Assembly (NCBI RefSeq): GCF_006345805.1
Contig: NC_042997.1
Location: 110,422,001-110,486,000 of the forward strand
From: Octopus sinensis
Lineage: Eukaryota
DNA length: 64,000 nucleotides
Direction: 5' to 3'
Of the stretch, positions 1 through 64,000 are shown in pieces. The translations under genes were made by a program, and so were the position numbers. How positions within the stretch are numbered: position 1 is the stretch's first letter; every line of letters starts with the position of its first letter. The notes beneath the pieces are model-generated. The model did no database searches. It was not told the DNA's origin and was given only the letters and a program-made list of their open reading frames with translations.

Positions 1-196
1 GCACCATTCAATCATGGTTGATGCCAGTACCACCTGACTGGCCCTTGTGCTGAGGGCATGTAAAAAGCTACCCACTAAACTCTAGGAGTGGTTGGCACTA
101 GGAAGGGCAGATCAGATTGGAGACTGGCGCAGCCTACTAGCTTGTCAGTCCTCAGTTAAGCCGTCCAACCCATGCCAGCATGGAAAATCATGGAAT

Positions 197-560
197 GTCC
201 TCAGTTACAACGATGTGGGTTCCAGTTGATCCAATCAATGGAACAGCCTACTTGTGAAATTACTGTGCAAGTGGCTGAGCACTCCACAGACATGCGTGTA
301 CCCTTAACATAGTTCTTGGGGAGATTCAGCGTGACACAGTGTGACAAGGCTGGCCCTTTTGAAATACAGGTACAACAGAAACAGGAAGAAAGAGTGAGAG
401 AAAGCTGTGGTGAAAGAGTACAGCAGGGTTTGCCACCACCTTCTGCCAGAGCCTCGTGGAGCTTTAGGTGTTTTCACTCAAACACTCAGAATGCCCAGTC
501 TGGGAATCAAAACCACAATTCTACAACCGTGAGTCCGCTGCCCTAACCACTGGGCCATTG
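197..560 (-). mobile_element. tRNA-headed SINE family B (core possibly Deu/Nin-type)
   Basis: Minus-strand head with A box TGGCCCAGTGG and B-box-like GTTTTGATTCC. The core gtggctgagcactccacagac...gacaaggctggccc recurs at about 11150-11470, 20915-21210, 51545-51960 and 63520-63610. Confidence 0.7.
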
Positions 561-634
561 TGCCTCCACGCACATAAAATGGACATTAAATGATGATGAC
601 GAGTACCATGCCTGCACCTATATGCTGCCTTGTA

Positions 635-668
<34 letters not shown>

Positions 669-688
669 ATATATATATATATATTATA
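635..688. repeat. (TG)n(TA)n microsatellite
   Basis: direct reading. Confidence 0.95.
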
Positions 689-1071
689 TGCACCACACAC
701 ACGCACGACCAAATTATTTTCTATTTGCTGATTCAAACCACAACTAGATACAGATTATACTGTTGTAAGGGGTGGGAGCACTGTTTGATGAAGCACTTTC
801 ATTAAGACAGGGTTGGAGGACTCCTTTAGTTTTTGTGTTATATCACCGTTCAAGTTCTGCTCCTGTAGCTTCATTGCCAGTGTGGGTCAGTCTTAAAATC
901 CAACTTCTGTCCTACTTCCTCATATCTCTTAGTTTACTCATCCTTTTGCAATGTCACTTGGCTGCCATGCTTAGTACAGTCGTATGGTTTTTGGCAGACG
1001 CAATGCCTGAATCCTGCAGATGAAGTTTATAAATTCATCCCTTATTCTTCTGTGTGAAATTTGTAATGGAA

Positions 1072-1962
1072 CACAGGCTGTCCAAAAAGCCTCTCTGCAG
1101 TATTTTATTGCTAAATAATCATAAGATGGTATATAAGACTACAAAAGAATATATTAGACGTTACAAAACTTTATAAGAGGTGTTGAAAGTGTTGTCTTTC
1201 ATTTTCAATACATAAGTTGACTCTTCTACACATGTTTTGAAATACATCTTGGAGATTCTGATGTGGTATGGACCGTGCAAAGGTTATGATTGTGTGTTTT
1301 TGCTCATTAATGGTTTTTGGGTGATTCCTGTACACTGATCCTTTACTTGCTCTCCAGAAAAAAAAAAGTCTGGCGGTGTTAAATCAAGTGATCTTTGTGG
1401 CCAAAGTCCTTTCAAAATAATCCGTTCACCGAAAAACTCTTCAAGTAGTGCCATGGTGTTGAAAATGTCGTCCTTCATTTACAAAACATAAGATTTAATT
1501 TGCCTTTTACTGCCGTTTGAGCACTTCCTAGATTGATTTCCGTTTCCTGTGACAATTTGCATAAGGACTTTGACGGGATTGCCAACAGTTTATCAGAAAT
1601 ATTGCAGAGTGTTTCGTCTGAAAGAACAGTAGGCCTACTGCTTCTTGCTGCGTCTTCCACTGAGCCTGTGTTTCTAAATTTTCTAACCAAATCCCCCAAA
1701 TAGTGTCACGATGTGGAACAACAGTATTTGGAAAAGTTTCACTGAACTTCTGTTTCACCATATCTGTGTATTCATTTCCAGCTCGAAACACCCATTCAAC
1801 TAAAAATGTACGTTCTTCAATGGTTGGCATGTCGACACGCTGAAGGGTACACAATGACTGAGGGACAATGGCCAATGCCTAGCCATCCACGCAGTGATAG
1901 CCAAGTTGCACATGTGCAGGATTAAAAAATTCACTGTGGAGAGACTTTTTGAACACCCTGTA
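1072..1962 (-). mobile_element. Tc1/mariner (rosa/DD41D-like) internally deleted transposon
   Basis: TIR tacagggtgttcaaaaagtctctc at the right end, degenerate copy at 1072-1095. Frameshifted transposase pieces MPTIEERTFLVE..., KFRNTGSVED..., WPQRSLDLTPPDFF. Confidence 0.88.
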
Positions 1963-2779
1963 TGACTCGCTGAATACTGTGTGGACTGTGATTCTTGTCG
2001 ATGGGCCATTACTATATTGTCATAGCTGCTTAGTTTAAGGCTACTAATTTGAATGGTCTAAAGCTGCAGTGTCACCTTGGTGTAATGCTTAACATAGCTA
2101 CATGCTTCACAGCAGAGATGGCATTAGAATTCCACACGATTTTACAGCATTTATTTTTCATGTTCTATTTTAGATGTGTCTAAATTAGCAAAACTTTTAA
2201 AAATTATTTATCAGACTAGCAGGATTGGTGGATTATACAGCAAAAATGTCCTCTGGTATTTGGTTACATTCTTCTCTGCTCTGAGTTTAAATTCCATCAA
2301 TGTTACCTGTGCCTTTTCATTTTCCTGTCACTTAAAACTACCAGTTATGTATTGGGGTCAACTTGACTTCCACACCTCTACCAATTAATTGACTCTCTTA
2401 TCTCTCACTTTCTGCTAATTATCTTTTTCTGCCTTCCAATTAGTTCTTCTGTCCCACTTTTCCTAATTAGCTCTTCTGCCTTCACCTCTCCCACTTAATT
2501 AGCTCTTTCCTTGCTGATTGACTTTGTTACTTTCATCTCTCCTAATAATTTGACTCTCTTATCCTCATCCTCCCCAACTGACTCTTCTCCATCAGCAGCA
2601 TTTAACGTCCATTTTCCCTGTTGGCATGGGGTGGTTGGCTTGACACAAACTGGCAAGGCCAGGAGCTGCACCAATTTCCATGGTCTCTTTTCACATGGTT
2701 TCTATGGCTTGATGCCCTTTTTAACACCAACTACTTTATAGAATGTACTGGGTGCTTTTACCTGACATCAGCACTAATT

Positions 2780-3250
2780 TATGTGGCACCATCACCAGTG
2801 CTTTTTACGTGAACCCAGCAATGGCACTTTTTATTTGGGACCATCACCGGTGCTCTTTACGTGGAACCATTACTGGTGCTCTTTACGTGAAACCATCACC
2901 GGTGCTCTTTACGTGGAACCATCACTGGTGCTCTTTACGTGGAACCATTACTGGTGCTCTTTACGTGAAACCATCACTGGTGCTCTTTACGTGGAACCAT
3001 CACCAGTGCTCTTTATGTGGAACCATCACCGGTGCTTTTTACATGGAACCATCACCGGTGCTTTTTACATGGAACCATCACTGGTGCTCTTTACGTGGTA
3101 CCATCACCGGTGCTCTTTACATGGAACCATCACCGGTGCTCTTTACGTGGGACCATCACCAGTGCTCTTTACATGGAACCATCTCCCGTCCCTTTTTATG
3201 TGTTGCCAGTGCTTTTTTACGTGGCCCTAGCACCAATGTCTTTTCACGTG
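2780..3250. repeat. 26-bp minisatellite GGAACCATCACCGGTGCTCTTTACGT, about 18 copies
   Basis: The same 26-aa cycle appears in all three + frames; the unit resembles the tgctttttacgtg motif of the RTE 3' UTR. Confidence 0.92.
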
Positions 3251-3348
3251 GTACCAGCACCTCTTCTAATAAATTTACTCTTTGTTTCCTCCACTCCAAG
3301 TAATGATGATCTACCTATATTAAACATTATTTTGTGTATCTTTTTCAG

Positions 3349-63830
<60,482 letters not shown>

Positions 63831-63919
63831 GTAAAACTTTTTCCTCAACTATTCTCTTTTTCAGCCTCTCTTCCTTTCTCTCCTCTCTGTCTCTCTCTCT
63901 CTCGCTATGTATATATATA

Positions 63920-63965
<46 letters not shown>

Positions 63966-64000
63966 CATGACTGACCAGTCTATCAGATGTTACTACACAT

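Noticed and set aside
772-1023. Hydrophobic ORF that could be the missing signal-peptide exon
   Set aside because: No suitably placed Met with a phase-2 GT donor was found; the start exon is probably upstream of the window.
2743-3303. Overlapping 150-190 aa ORFs with 26-aa periodicity; CRISPR-like appearance
   Set aside because: Contiguous 26-bp tandem units with no unique spacers; the ORFs are a by-product of a stop-free unit.

Overview
Intron-rich, repeat-dense animal genomic DNA. The repeat families look cephalopod (Octopus-like), but that is recognition, not proof. One + strand gene spans the window: 31 GT-AG exons (3349-63830, 3994 nt) splice with consistent phases into an uninterrupted frame of about 1331 codons. 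It encodes an alpha-2-macroglobulin/TEP-family protein with an LDL-receptor class A module and no thioester (GCGEQ is replaced by GVAEN), i.e. a macroglobulin complement-related (Mcr/TEP6, CD109-like) protein. The start/signal exon was not found and the C-terminus runs past the window. Introns contain several tRNA-headed SINE families, RTE/R4/L1-type LINE fragments, mariner, hAT-like, piggyBac-like and Helitron elements, mini/microsatellites and several near-perfect fold-backs. The most unusual signal is a set of at least four unrelated short elements carrying type I hammerhead-ribozyme folds with Penelope-like fold-back architecture. They include a tRNA-headed, TSD-flanked one at 35751-36034 and a 291-bp palindrome with a G3-C8 swapped core at 49461-49751. 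Exon coordinates were hand-checked; repeat boundaries are approximate unless TSD/TIR positions are quoted.
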